Assembly (NCBI RefSeq): GCF_009914755.1
Contig: NC_060947.1
Reading direction: 5' to 3' (one strand)
DNA length: 64,000 nucleotides
Source: the human T2T-CHM13v2.0 reference genome, Homo sapiens
The notes under the pieces: model-generated
What the model was told of the DNA's origin: nothing
The model's database searches: none
Seen by the model: only the letters and a program-made list of their open reading frames with translations
Position numbers and translations under genes: made by a program
In this document: piece by piece, positions 19,701-49,805 of the stretch
Layout: each line of letters opens with the position of its first letter
Numbering within the stretch: the stretch's first letter is position 1

Positions 19701-20957
19701 CAAATTAGCATTGATAGCACATAAGTCATGCAAAAGTCTCCATTTACCAGACTTTTTGGGAATGACGAAAATGGACAAATTCCAAGGGACGTTTGATGGT
19801 TCTATATGGCCGGCTTTTAATTGTTCCCTAATTCATGGGCTCTTTGTAATTTCTCTCCCTTTAAAGCCCACTGTTCTACTCAAATAGGATTTTGAGGGAG
19901 CCATGTTAGGGGTAGTGGAGGAATTGCAACAGTGGCCATTATCAGAAAGGGGTCTGCAGAGTGACCCCCCGTTGGGCTAATAAGTCCCATACCCAAAGAT
20001 TAACAGCGATGGGCATGATTAGAGGTTGTATGACTGCTTTCCTTTCCTCTGAATCACTAGATGTTAGGGGGCACGTGCTCTGCTTGGCTGTGTGTACTTC
20101 CCCAGTGCCGACGATTTTTTGTTTCTGAGTGACCCAAGGCCAAGTTTCTGGCCAGTTTTGATCACTAATGGTCGAAATATCTGCCCCCGTATCCAATAAG
20201 CCAGTAAAATTTGCTATGGCCTCAATTAAACCTTTCCTAAATTGGCTAGCAGCTCCATTTTCTCCTTTTCTTATTTCCTTATAAGTGTTAAAAGTAATAG
20301 GCTTCTGTACCCAATTGCCTTCTTGATCTTGCATCATGCGACAAGCCAGGTGCTCCCCTTCTAACGCCGCTTGCCTAAGACAAGGTCCCATGACTGTAGT
20401 GTATCCCTTGTCTTTTTTCCAATTTATTGGAGGAGGGGGCTCAGGAAAAATCTGTTTCCTCTTTGGTATCTTTACCCAGTAATGGCAGGGCTGAAGGAGG
20501 AGGAGGAGGCAGTAAGGTAGGTGATGGTTCCTCCTCTCTTCCCTTTTTAGGCTTTTCTGCATAGAGTGGGGCCAAAGCAGCCCTAAGGCCCATAATGTTA
20601 AATATGTTACTGGGACCTGTTGCCCTTGTGCATGATGTTGTTTAAGATTTCTCCCCACTTGTTCCCAGAGCTCTAGGTCTAGCCTGCCTTCTTCCAGGAA
20701 CCATGGGTTATAGGAAACAACAGTTTGCATTAGGTCCCTTAATTAAGCCTGCGAGACTGAGACTCCACTAGCTTTAAGTAGCTGTTTCAATACTTTTGTA
20801 TACTGTTTCTGTTGAGCTGATAACTGTTGTCCCATGATGAAACCCTAGCTTGAAAATTCCCTCTAGCTTGGAAATCCCGAGTGGGCACCAATGACTTACT
20901 GACTATGCAGTCTATTCACCTTCATTTTTGAGGGTTCCGTCACGATCTATTGCAGCA

Positions 20958-20975
20958 TCCCTTACATGAATACCA
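20958..20975 (-). promoter_or_regulatory. Degenerate primer-binding site, non-Lys (Met-like)
   Basis: TGGTATTCATGTAAGGGA lies just after the 5' LTR end; it is closer to the tRNA-Met PBS (TGGTGCCCCGTGTGAGGA) than to Lys PBSs (TGGCGCCC...). Confidence 0.55.
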
Positions 20976-21192
20976 CCTGCCAAGTCCATCCTGCAGACCC
21001 TGGCCAAGTGACGGATGAAAGGAGTACTCAGACACAAGTATGAAGTGAAAAAGCAGCTAGGGGATTGCTGAAGAGTGAGCAGTCCCGATAAGCTGGATTT
21101 CTTTGCTTTTATTCAATACAAACATAATGCTGAAAGCCTGGAGCCAACAGAACCTGTGGGTAATTAACATTATTGCTTCTTACAGGGGAGCA

Positions 21193-22886
21193 ATATATTC
21201 CTTTGGCTATACACCCAACAATGGTCCTGTTGGGTCAAATGGTAATTCTGTTTTAAGTTCTTCTGAGAAATCACTAACCTGCTTTCCACAATGGCTAAAC
21301 TAGTTTACATTCCCACCAGCAGTGTATAAGCATTCTTTTTTCTCCACAACTTCACTGGCATCTGTTATTTTTTGACATTTTAATAATAGCCATTCTGACT
21401 GGAGGGGGGTGGTATCTCATTGTCATTTTGATTTGAATTTTTCTAATGATTAGTGATGTTGAGCATTTATTCATATGCTCATCGACTGCATGAATACCTT
21501 GTTTTGAAAACTGTCTTTCCATGTTCTTTGCTCACTTTTTAATCATGTTGTTTGCTTTTCACTTGTAAATTTGTTAAAGTTCTTGATAGATTCTGGATAT
21601 TAGTCCTTTAATGGATGCACAGTATGTGAACATTTTCTCCATTCTCTAGCTTGTCTGTTTATTCTGTTGATAGTTTCTTTTATTGTGCAGAAGCTCTTTA
21701 GTTTAATTAGGTCCCATTTGTCAAGGTGCATTTTTGTTGCAAATACTTTTGGTGTCTTTTTCATAAAGTCTTTGCTAGGTCTTATGTCAAAAATGGTATT
21801 TCCTAGGTTATCTTCCAGGGTATTTCTAGTTTTTGGTTTTAGATTTAAGTTTTTAATCTATCTTGAGTTAATTTTATATATGGTATAAAACAGGGGTCCA
21901 GTTTCAGTCTTCTGCATATGGCTAATCAATTATCTCATCACCATTTATTGAATAGGGAATCCTTTGTCCATTGCTTATTTTTGTAGATTTTGTCAAAGAT
22001 CAGATGGTAGCAGGTGTGTGGCATTATCTGGGCTATCTCTTCTGTCACATTGGTCTATGTGTCTGTTTTTGTACCAGTACCATGCTGTTTTTGTTACTGT
22101 AGCATTGTAGAATAGTTTAAAGTTGTATAAGGTGATACTTCAAGCTTCGTTCTTTCTGCTTAGGAAAGTCTTGGGTATTTGGGCTCTTTTTTGGTTCTGT
22201 ATGAATTTTAGAATACTTATTTTTAGTTCTGTGAAGAATGACATTGGTACTTTGATAGGAATAGCATTGAATCTGTAAATTGCTTTTGGCCGTTTGGCCC
22301 TTTTAACATATTTATTCTACCTATCCATGAACGTGGAATGTTTATCCATCTGTTTGTGTCATCACTGATTTCACTGAGAAGTGTTTTGTAATTCTCATTG
22401 TAGAGTTTTATAATTAGTCTATTTCTAGGTATTTTATTCTTTTTTTGGCTATTGTAAATAGAATTGCATTTATATTTGCCTCTCAGCTTTGATGTTGTTG
22501 GTGTATAGGAATGATACTGCTTTTGTACATTAATTTTGTATTCTGAACATTTGCTAAAGTGGCTTATCAGATCAAGGAGCTTATTATCAGAAACCATGGG
22601 GTTTTCTAGGTATTGGATCATATCACCTGCAAACAGAAATAGTTTGACTTCCTCTCTTCCTATTTGGATGTCTTTTATTTTTTTTTCTCTTGCTTGATTG
22701 TTCTGGCTTGGACTTCCAGTACTATGTTGAATAGGAGTGGTGACAGAGGGCATCCTTGTCTTGTTCCAGTTTTCACGGGGAATGCTTCTGGCTTTTCCCT
22801 ATTCAGTATGATGTTGGCTGTGGGTTTGTCATATATGTCCCTTATTATTTTGATGTATGTTTTCTCAATGCCTAGTTTGTTGAGGG
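21193..22886 (-). mobile_element. L1 ORF2 fragment (old L1PA/PB) lacking its 3' tail
   Basis: ORF 22223..22753 is ORF2 RT-like; it abuts the truncated LTR directly. Confidence 0.8.
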
Positions 22887-24278
22887 GAAAACAGCAGTTG
22901 TATATATGCTCAAGGAGCTAAAAGAAAACGGATAAGGATCAAAAAGAAATCAGGAAAGTGATATATTCACAAAAGGAGAATATCTTCAAAGATATCCAAT
23001 TATAAAAAGAAAGCAAACAATTTCTGAATCTGAAAAATACTACAATTGAATTGAAAAATTCCCTGGAGAGGTCTAACTGCAGACTCAAGCAGACAGAATA
23101 AAGAGTCATTGAACTTGAAGGCAAGACATTTACAATTATTGAATATGCAGAGCAAAAAGAAAAAAGAATGAATAGTAAACAGAGCCCAAGAAACTTATGG
23201 GACACCATAAAGCCAACCTATATAGGCATTGCCGTTTTCTCTGAAGGAGAAGAGTGACAGAAATAGGAAGAGTAATTATTTGAAGTAATGGCTGAAAATT
23301 TCTCAAATTTGAGTAAATACATGGATCTAGAAATCCAAGAATTTCTATGCACTCCAACTAAGATAAACCCAGAGAGGCCTACACTGAAACACTTGCAAAC
23401 AAACTGCCAAAGGCCAAAGACAGGGAATTTTAAAAGCAGTAAGAGAAACAGGTTGTTATATACAAGCGATCTTTCATATAATTATCAGCAAATTTTTCAG
23501 CAAAAATCTTGGAGGCCAGAAGACAGTGGGATGATATATTTAAAGTGCTGATAGAAATAAAAACAAACCTGTCAACTGAGAATTCTTTATATGGCAAAAC
23601 AGTTCTTAAAAATGAGAAAGAAATTAATAAATTCTCTGTTAAGTAAAAGGTGAGGAGATGAATAGCCACTAGACCTGCCCTATCAGAACTGCTAAAAGGA
23701 ATTCTTTAAGTTGAAATAAAGTGATACACAGAAGGACATTATATATTGATAAAAGTGTCAATTCACCAAGATGATTTTATGATTATAAACATATATGTAC
23801 CAAATATTAGCACTCCCAAATATATGAAACAAACATGGGCAGAATCGATGGAAGAAGTAAATAACTCTACAGTAACAGTGGTGGATTTTAATGTCCTACT
23901 TTCAATAGTGGATAGAACAACCAGATAGAACATCAATAAGTAAATATAGGACTCAAACACTATAAACAAATTGGATTTAACAGACACATTCAGAACACTC
24001 TACCCAACAATAACAGAATATACATTTTTTCTGAAATGCACATGGGACATTCTGCAGGATAGACCATATGTTTCAGTACAAAACAAGTCTTAACAAGTTA
24101 AAAAAATACTAAAATTACACAAATTACCTCTTCCAATCACAGTAGAATGGAACTACATATCAATAGTAGAAGGAAACCTGGAAAATCTACAGAAATATGG
24201 AAATTAACACATGTTAAAAAATCAAGATTGAAAGAAGAAATCATAAGGTAAGTGAGAAAATATCTTTAAGAAAAATGT

Positions 24279-27825
<3,547 letters not shown>

Positions 27826-28055
27826 TGAAAAAAGTGAATATGAAAACAGAACATAAGAAATGTTATGGAATTCAGTGAAAGCAGTGCCAAGAAGGGAAAT
27901 TTATAACTGTAAATATTTATTAATACATTAAACGAGAAGATCTCAAATAAACAACCTAACTTTACATCTCATGGAACTAAAACAAGAAAAACAAACAACT
28001 CAAAAGTAGCAGAAGGAAGAATATACTAAAGATTAGATAAGAGATAAAATACAGA

Positions 28056-28361
28056 GGCTGAGTATGGTGGCTCACACCTGTAAATCCAGCACTTTGGGAG
28101 GCTGAGGCAGGAGGATTGCTTGAGCTCTGGAACTCGAGACCGGCCTAAGCAACATAGTGGGACTCTGTCTCTATGAAAAACAAAAATTAGGTGGGTGTGA
28201 TGGCCACATACCTGTAGTTCCAGCTACTCTGGAGACTAGATGGAAGAATCACTCAAGCCTAGGAGGTCAAGGCTGCAGTGAGCCACAGTCATGCCATGGC
28301 ACCCCAGCCTGGGTGACAAAGCAAGACCCTGTCTCAAAAAAAAACAAACAAAGAAAAAACA
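28056..28361 (+). mobile_element. AluJ-like
   Basis: Diverged dimer with gaggattgcttgag motif and an A-rich tail. Confidence 0.85.
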
Positions 28362-28717
28362 GAGTAGAAAAACAATAGAGAAAAATCAACAAAATCAAGA
28401 GGCGGTTCTTTGAAAAGACAATAAAATTGATAAACCTTTAGCAAAATTGATGAAGAAAAAAAGAAAGGACTAAAATAAATAAAATCAGAAATAAAATTGG
28501 GGACATTATTACCAATTTTATAGGAATAAAAAGTATTATAAGACAGTAGTATGAACAATTATTTGCAAACAAAATGAATACATTAGATGAAATGGACAAA
28601 TTCCTAAAAAGAACAGCCTACAAAGACTAAATCATAATGAAATAGAAAATCTGGATCGAACTGTAACTGGTAGGAATATGGAATCAGTAATCAAAAACCT
28701 CTCTACAACAAAAAGTT

Positions 28718-28865
28718 TCATTTTTAAAATATTTATTCATTTACTCATAGAGATGTGGTCTCATTATGCTGCCCAGGTTGGTCTTAAACTCCTGGGCTCA
28801 AGCGATCTTCCCATCTTGGCCTCCCAAAGTGTTGGGATTACAGGCGTGAGCCATTCTGCCTGGCC
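28718..28865 (-). mobile_element. Alu left monomer (FLAM-like)
   Basis: A single monomer ending cctggcc. Confidence 0.75.
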
Positions 28866-28967
28866 AACAGTTTTAGACAAGATGGTTGCACTGGTGAATT
28901 CTACTAAACATATAAAGGAAAACCAATCCTCAAACTCTTCAAAAAATTTAAGAGTAAAAAACACTTT

Positions 28968-36576
<7,609 letters not shown>

Positions 36577-36596
36577 AAGAATAGAAAACACTTTCT

Positions 36597-36901
36597 CTCT
36601 CTTTTTTTTTTTTTTTTGAGACAGAGTCTCACTCTGTCGCCCAGGCTGGAGTGCAGCAGCGCGATCTCGGCTCACTGCAAGCTCTGCCTCCCGGGTTCAC
36701 ACCATTCTCCTGCCTCAGCCTCCTGAGTTGCTGGGACTACAGGTGCCTGCCACCACGCCCTGCTAATTTTTTTTTGTACTTTTAGTAGAGACTGGGTTTC
36801 ACTGTGTTAGCCAGGATGGTCTGGATTTCCTGACCTCGTGATCTGCCCGTCTCAGCCTCCCAAAGTGCTGGGATTACAGGTGTGAGCCACCACGCCCGGC
36901 C
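36597..36901 (-). mobile_element. AluY
   Basis: gcaagctctgcc and accattctcc diagnostics; TSD aaga(a/g)tagaaaacactttct at 36577-36596 and 36902-36921. Confidence 0.92.
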
Positions 36902-36959
36902 AAGAGTAGAAAACACTTTCTACCTCATTCCCTAATGCCAGCATTACCTTGATATGGTG

Positions 36960-37170
36960 GCATGGAGGGATGGAGGGAGCAATATGAGCAAAGATTTAGA
37001 AGGGAGGTACTGTACATGTGGAGAGGTAATGTAAGCAGTTGAGTTTCACTGGAATTTTAAAGTGTGAAGCAGGAGAAGGTGAGAGATGAGGCTGGAGAAT
37101 TAGGCAGAGGTCAGATCATGGAGACCTATATATGTAATGTTAAGAAGCTTAGCTCTTATCCTCTATGTAT
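36960..37170 (+). mobile_element. L2-like fragment
   Basis: gagatgaggctggagaattaggcagaggtcagatcatggag...cttatcct resembles the L2 body. Confidence 0.55.
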
Positions 37171-37484
37171 TCTTGATGTTTAGCCTGAAACCTGTCACTT
37201 TTACAATGCAGATATGACAATAAATTGAATCAAAATTACTTCAAATACAGAACAGTGTCTAGGAATAAGCTTCAATGAGATATAAATATTCAGTTATAAA
37301 AATAATTGCTTTCATACCTTTGTAATGTTGGCATCAAAGGAGGACACTATACTATAATGAATAGATGTACTATGTTTACATACATAGAAAACATAATTTG
37401 ATTTTATAAAGTGGAAAAAATTGACTAGCAAACCATTCTAAATGATTTTATTTTTTATGTTACAATTATATTTTCAGGAATCTT

Positions 37485-42000
<4,516 letters not shown>

Positions 42001-43639
42001 TTCTCTAAAAACCATGTTGTAATGGTGTTTTACTCTGTATTATTGACAATCATCAGCAATGTAAGTGTAGTTCAGGAAAAGGCTTGAATATGTGTCTTTA
42101 TATTTGTCAGAGAACAAATTTACTGGTGGCTGTCACTGAGAATGCAGCCATGGCTGGGATCTTATATACCTGACAGTATTATTTTATTTTCTGAATTCAT
42201 GGTCAATTTTCACATATCAGTTTGTTTCACTTCATGATAAGGTAAATATGCTCTTAAAGACAACTGTGTTTTATGAATCATTGTGGTCACTTTTTATAGA
42301 CTCTAGACTGTAACTACTCTTAAATAATTGATTTACTGTACACGTTGGGCTGTGCATGTCTGGCTATAGCATATTTTGCATATGAAGGCTAACAAATTAA
42401 GTAATAAAATGACTGCTCAAAAAAACTACTGCTGGCTTAACTGAGGTTATAAAATAAATCACTACAAAAAGTACTTAAATTGAGTTTTAATGAGTTCTAT
42501 CTTCCCCTACACTCATGGAAACATATGATTTCTAAGTTCATGGAAGAATATTCTTGTCTATGTCATCTTCTGGGTAGCCTAAATGTTCTTTCTGGGTAGC
42601 TAATAACTTACGTACATGCATAGAATGTTTGGTAGGGAGGCAGGCCAAAATGGATTGGAAAGCATTTGGGACTAGTGGGTCCTTTATGGAAGAGTCCTAG
42701 AGTCATCATGGGATTAAGGTAGAGGTGTCAACTAGCTGTCACAAAATGCTACTGTGAGTACTCCTATATTCCAGTGCTGTTTTTTCAGCCTCTAGAGCCA
42801 TTGATCTGTAAACTTGCTGTGAAAAGCAGGGAGAAAGGAGTATTATTTCTAGATGAAGGTTCATCTGTCATGCGGGCTACAGAAACCACCTAGACAAAGA
42901 GATTGGATTTAGCCTTAGTTTGGGACTATTTCTCTGAAAGACTCAGAGAATATGAATTGAGAGATTTGTTAACTGACAGATAATTTAACCATTAAACAGG
43001 AGATTCCTAAAATATATAAATTCAATCTTAAACTAAGGTTGATTGAATTTTAATTAGCTGAAGCATAAATAATGTTCCTTTACTAATTAAAATATTCGGG
43101 GTGGCAGGGCTAAGACTGTTGACTAGAAGGAGCTCATGTTCACCACTCTCACAGAGAGAAAATTGAAGGGCTACTGAACATAGACTCTGCAGGCCTATTA
43201 TTTGAGAAACCACAGCAGGATCCACCAGGGCAGCAAAGAAACACAGAGAACAGAGAGGAGCAAAGCTGAGCGTCAGCCTGTCTGGGCTCAGCACAGAGCC
43301 AGGAAAACCTCTTCAACACAGGAAAGGGTGAGTGAATGAGAGCCTTCAGGGGGATTCACACTTTCAGAGGCACCTGTGTAAGACTGGAATGGGAGAACCA
43401 CCCTGGCCCTCCCACGCACCCACCCCCACCATGATTCTAGACTGAGGCAGAGAGACACCTGGACATTTTGTGGGGGCAACTCCTGAGTCCAGTGGGACTT
43501 CCACAAGCCTTGGGCCCTGGAGCAGACCAGCAGTGGTGCCACATCTCCAACAGAGGCCACAGGTGCAGTGCCACGTTGCTCCACCACTGCTCAGGGCCAG
43601 GGCTCAGCACCAGCTTTTAGCCCAGCAGTCCTGCTTTGG

Positions 43640-44900
43640 CCTGAACTCATCTGGCTACCCTTCCCATCTCTGCCACTGATATCCAGCTGGGTAATGCTTG
43701 CTGGGGCCTTCAGTTCAGTGGTCCCACTTTTGTGTGAACTCAGCTGGAAGGAGCAGCTTTCTCTTTTCACAGGCAACACCCTAATGGCAGAGCATGAGAC
43801 CCCACCCACTCTGCCCTGGTAGGAGTGGGCAGCACTTTCTAAAGCTTCTGGCCCAAAAGCCTTGCTTTTGTGTGAGCTTAGCTGGAGGGCATAGCTCCTG
43901 TGGTCACAAGAAATACCCCAACGGCATAGCATGAGAGCTCACCCTCCCCTGCCATTGGTAGCCAGGTGGACAACAACTGCTAGAACCTCCAGCCCAGTGG
44001 TCCCAATTTTATGTGAACTCAGCTGGATGGCCAGTTTCCTGTTATCACAGGAAACACCCCAATGGCAGAGCAAATGACCCAACCCATGCCTGCCACTAGT
44101 AGCCAGTGGGGGTGACAGCTGTTAGAGCCTCCAGCGTAGCAGCCTTGCTTTTGCATAAACCCAGCTGGAGGGTGCAGCTTACTGTTGTAGTGGAAAACAC
44201 TTGGATGGCAGAGCCCGAGACCCCACCTGCCTCTGCCACTGGTGGCCAGGTAGGCAAAGCCTTCTAGAGCTTCCAGAACAGTAGGCATGCTTTTTTAGTT
44301 AACTTAGTTGGAGGGTGCCACTTCCTGTTGTCACAGGAAACACTCAGACAGCAGAGCATGAGAGCCCACCTACCCCCACCACTGGTATCCAGGCAGGCAA
44401 CACCTACTACAGCTTCTATCCCAGTGGCCTTGCTTCTGTGTGAGCTTGACTAGAGGGCACAGCTTTTTGATGTTCCAGGAAACACCTGGATGATAAAGAA
44501 TGAGTCCCCAACTGCCCTGACTGCTGGTAGCCAGGTGGGCAACACTTCATCAAGCTTTTGACCCAATAGCCCCACTTCTGTGTGAACTCAGCTGAAGGGT
44601 GCAGCCTTCTCTTGTCCCAGTGTCAGGGTGCATAAACCTATGGAACCCCATTACTAATATCTAGGTGGACAACAGTTACTAGAGCATCCAATCCAACTGT
44701 TCTACATCTGCCTGAATGTGCCCAGGGGGCACAGCCCCCTATTGCCCTGGAAAAACCTAAACAGTAAGACTGGCAACCCCACCCACACTCATTCCCATAG
44801 CCAGATGGGCCACATCCATTGGAGTTTCCAACCCAGCAGTTTCACATCCAGCTGAACTTTGTGGGTGGACATAACCATATGTTGTCCCAGGAAGCAAAAA
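43640..44900 (+). repeat. Tandem array of about 140-bp monomers (about 9 copies) in the L1 5'UTR
   Basis: The motif gtgaactcagctggaggg...caggaaacacc...ggcagagc...ggtagccagg recurs near 43734, 43872, 44013, 44154, 44298, 44440, 44582, 44712, 44852. Confidence 0.85.
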
Positions 44901-47900
44901 AATGGCAAGTTAGGGGCAACCTGACAAGGACACAACTTGGGCAACTTTATCCCCAGCCTGAGGGAGCCCTGTGGACCAGAACTCTCAAGAAAAGAAACAT
45001 GGGCCCAAAGACAGTAATTGGAGGGGTTTCCTCCAAGACCCAGGAGCAGATTAGTATTGAAGCCAGTCAATGAAACCCACCTTATATCTTTATCAAAACT
45101 CCAAGGGCATCAAAGAAGAAAAAAATCAAAGCAATCTATCCAAAGGACAGAAACTTCAAAGACTGAAGAAACATTAACCCACACAAATGAGAAAGAAACA
45201 GCATAAGAACTCTGGCAACTCAAAAAGCCAGAGTGCATTCTTTCCTTCAAACAATCACAGTAATTCTCCAGCAAGGTTTTTTAATCAGGCTGAGATGGCT
45301 GAAATGACAGAAATAGAATTCAGAATATGGATAGGAATGAAGAGCAGTGAGATTCAGAACATTGAAACCCAATGCAAGGAAGCTAAGAATCACAATTAAA
45401 TGATGCAGGGGCTGACAGATGAAATTGCCAATATAGAAATAATGTAGCTGACCTGATAGAACTGAAAAAGACACTACAAGAATTTCATAATGCAATTGCA
45501 AGTATTAACAGCAGAATATACCAAGCTGAGAGAAGAATTTCAGAACTTGAACACTGGCTTTCTGAAATATGATAGTCAGACAAGGATAAAGAAAATGGAA
45601 CAAAAATGAATGAACAAAACCCCAGAGAATTGTAGCATTATGTAAAGAGAACAAATCTATAACTCATTGAGGTCCTAGAAAAAGATGGGGAGAAAGGGGG
45701 CAACTTGGAAAACATATTTCAGAATGTTGTTCATGAGAACTTCCCCAACCTAGCTAGAGAGGTCAACATCCAAATTCAGGAAATGCAGAGAACCCCACAA
45801 GATACTTCACAAGAAGACCATCCCCAAGACATAATCATCTCCAAGGTTGAAATGAAAGAAAAATGTTAAAGGCAGCTAGAGAAAGAGGACAGGTCACCTA
45901 AAAGGAGAAACCCATGACTAACAGTGGACCTCTCAGCAGAAACCCTACAAGCCAGAAGAGATTGGGGGCCTATATTCAACATTCTTAAAGAAAAGAAATT
46001 CCAACCAATAATTTCATATCTGGCCAAACTAAACCTCATAAGCAAAGATGAAGTAAGATCCTTTACAGAGAAGCAAATTTGGAGGCAATTTGTTACTGCC
46101 AGGTCTGCCTTACAAGAGCTCCTGAAAGAAGTACTAAATATGGAAAGGAAAGATCACTACTGGCCACTACAACAACACACTTAAGTACACAGACTAGTGA
46201 CACTGTAAAGCAACCACACAAGCAAGTATGCATGATAACCAGTTAAAAATACAATGACAAGATCAAATCCACACATATCAATAATAACCTTAAATGTAAA
46301 TGGACTAAGTGTCTCAGTTAAAAGTCATAGAGTGGCAAATTGGATAAAGAAGCAAGACCCAATGGTATGCTGTCTTCAAGAGACCCATTTCACATGCAAA
46401 GACACCCATAGGCTCAAAGATAGAGGAATGAAGAGAAATCTATCAAGCAAATGGGAAACAGAAAAAAAGTAGGGGTGGCAATCCTAATATCAGACAAAAC
46501 AGACTTTAAACCAACAAAGATAAAAAAGACAAGGGCATTACATAATGGTAAAGCATTCAATCCAACAGGAAGACCTAACTATCCTAAATCTCTTAGCATC
46601 CAATGCAGGTGCACCCAGATTTATAAAGCAAATTCTTAGAGACCTACAAAGAGACTTAGACTTACACACAATAATAGCGGGAGACCTCAACACCTTACTG
46701 ACAGTATTAGACAGATGATTGAGCAGAAAGTTAACAAAGAGATTCCAGATCTGAATTCCACACTTGACCAAAAGGACCTAATAGACATCCATAAAACTTT
46801 CTACCCAAAGACAATAGAATATACATTTTTTTCATTGCCACAAGTACATACTCTAAAATCGACCATGAAGTTGGACATAAGACAATTCTCAGCAAACTCA
46901 AAAAAACCAAAATCTTATCAACCACCCTGTTGGACCATAGCACAATAAAAATAGAAATCAAGCCCAGAAAAATTACTCAAAACCATACAATTATTTGGAA
47001 ATTAAACAACATGCTCCTGAATAACCCTTGGGTAAATAATGAGATTAAAGCAGAAATCAAGAATTTCTTTGAAACTAATGAGACCAAAGACACAACATAC
47101 CAGAATCTCTGGGACACAGCTAAGGCAGTGTTAAGAGAGAAATGTATAGCACTAAACAACCACATCAAAAAGTTAGAAAGGTCTCACATTAACAACCTAA
47201 CATCACAACTAGAAGAACTACAGAAGGAAGAGCAAACCAACCTCAAAGCTAGCAGAAGAGAAGACATAACCAAAATCAGAACTGAACTAAAGGAGATAGA
47301 GAAACAAAAAGCCTTATAAAAGATAAATGAGTCTAGAAGGTGGTTCTTGAAAAAATTAATAAGATAGACCACTAGCTAGACTAGTAAAGAAGAAAAAGAG
47401 ATAATCCAAATAAAGATAATTAGAAATGACAAAGGAGATGTTACCAATCTTACACCACAGAAATACAAATAACCATCAGAGGCTACTATGAACACCTCTA
47501 TTCAAACTAGAAAATCTAAAAGAAATGGATAAATTCCTGGACACATACGTCTTCCCAGGACTGAACAAAAAGAAATTGAATCCCTGAACAGACCAATAAT
47601 GAACTCTGAAATTGAATAAATAATAAATATCCTACCAACTAAAAAAAGCCTAGGACCAGATGGATTCACATACAAATTCTACTAGATGTGCAAAAAGAGC
47701 TGGTGACATTCCTACTAAAGCTATTCAAAAAAATTGAGGATGAGGAATTCATTTCCAATTCATTCTATGAGACCAGCATCATACTGATACCAAAACCTAG
47801 TAGAGACACAAGAAAAAAGAAAACTTCAGGCTAATATCCCTGATGAACGTAGATGCAAAAATCTTCAACAAAATACTAGCAAACTAAATCCAGCATCACA

Positions 47901-49074
47901 TCAAGAAGTTAATCCACTATAGGAAAATCAATAAATGTGATTCATCACATAAAAGAACTAAAGACAAAAACTCTATGATTATCTCAATAGATACAGAAAA
48001 GGCTTTTAATAAAATTCAGTATCTGTTCTCATTAAAACCCCTGAATTAACTAGGCACTGAAAGAACATACTTTAAAATAATAAGATCCATCTATGACAAA
48101 CCCACAGCCAATATCATACTGAATGGGCAAAATCTGAAAACTTTCCTGTTGAAAACTGGCACAAGACAAGGATGCCAACTCTCACCACTACTATTCAACA
48201 TAATATTGAAAGTTCTGTCCAAAGCAATCAGGCAAGACAAAGAAATAAACAACATTTAAATAAGAAGAGAGGAACTAAAACTATTCCTGTTTGCAGATGA
48301 CATGATTTTATACCAAGAACCACCCCCCCACCCCCAGTCTTAGCTCAAAAGCTCTTTGAGCTGATAAGAAACTTCAGCAAAGTTCTGGGATACAAAACCA
48401 ATGGACAAATATCAGTAGCATTTCTATACATGAACACCCCCAAGCCAAGAGCCAAATCAGAAGTGAAATCTTAAAATTGCCACAAAGGAATAAAATACCC
48501 TAAAACTTAAAGTATAATAACAATAATAATAATAATAATAAAAAAACCTAGGACTACAGCTAGCCAGGGAGGTGAAAGATCCCTACAATAAGAATTACAA
48601 AACACTGCTCAAAGAAATGAAAGATGACATAGACAAATAGAAGAACATTCCTTACCCATGGATAGGAAAAATTAATATAATTAAAATGGCCATACTGTCC
48701 AAAGCAAAGCAGTGTACAAATTCAATGCTGTTCCCATCAAACTACCAAGGGCATTCTTCACAGAACTCAAAAAAAACTATTCTAAAATTAATTTGGAACC
48801 CAAAAAGAGCCCAAATAGGAAAGATAATCCTAAGTAAAAAGAACAAAGCTGGAAGTATCACATTGCCTGACTTCAAACTGTACTACAAAGCTGCAGTAAT
48901 AAAAATAGCATGCTACTGGTACAAAAACATACACATAGATCAAAACTGGTACAAAAACATACATAGATCAATGGAACAGAATAGAGAACCCAGAAATAAT
49001 GCCACACACCTACAACCATCTGATCTTCAGCAAAGCTGACAAAAACAAGCAATGGGGAAAGAACTCCCTATTAA

Positions 49075-49805
<731 letters not shown>

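Larger units (their letters stand above)
16348..21192 (-). mobile_element. HERV-K(HML-5)-like (LTR22) provirus, internally deleted, about 4.85 kb
   Basis: 3' LTR 16348-16795 (TG..CA) with polypurine tract at 16796-16815; partial 5' LTR 20978-21192. gag starts MGQQLSAQQKQY at 20835; protease LLDTGAD; RT FMDD; RNase H TDGS; integrase HQFFH..CPDC. The LTR start TGTGGGGAATCGGTTAGAGTG resembles LTR22. Confidence 0.85.
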
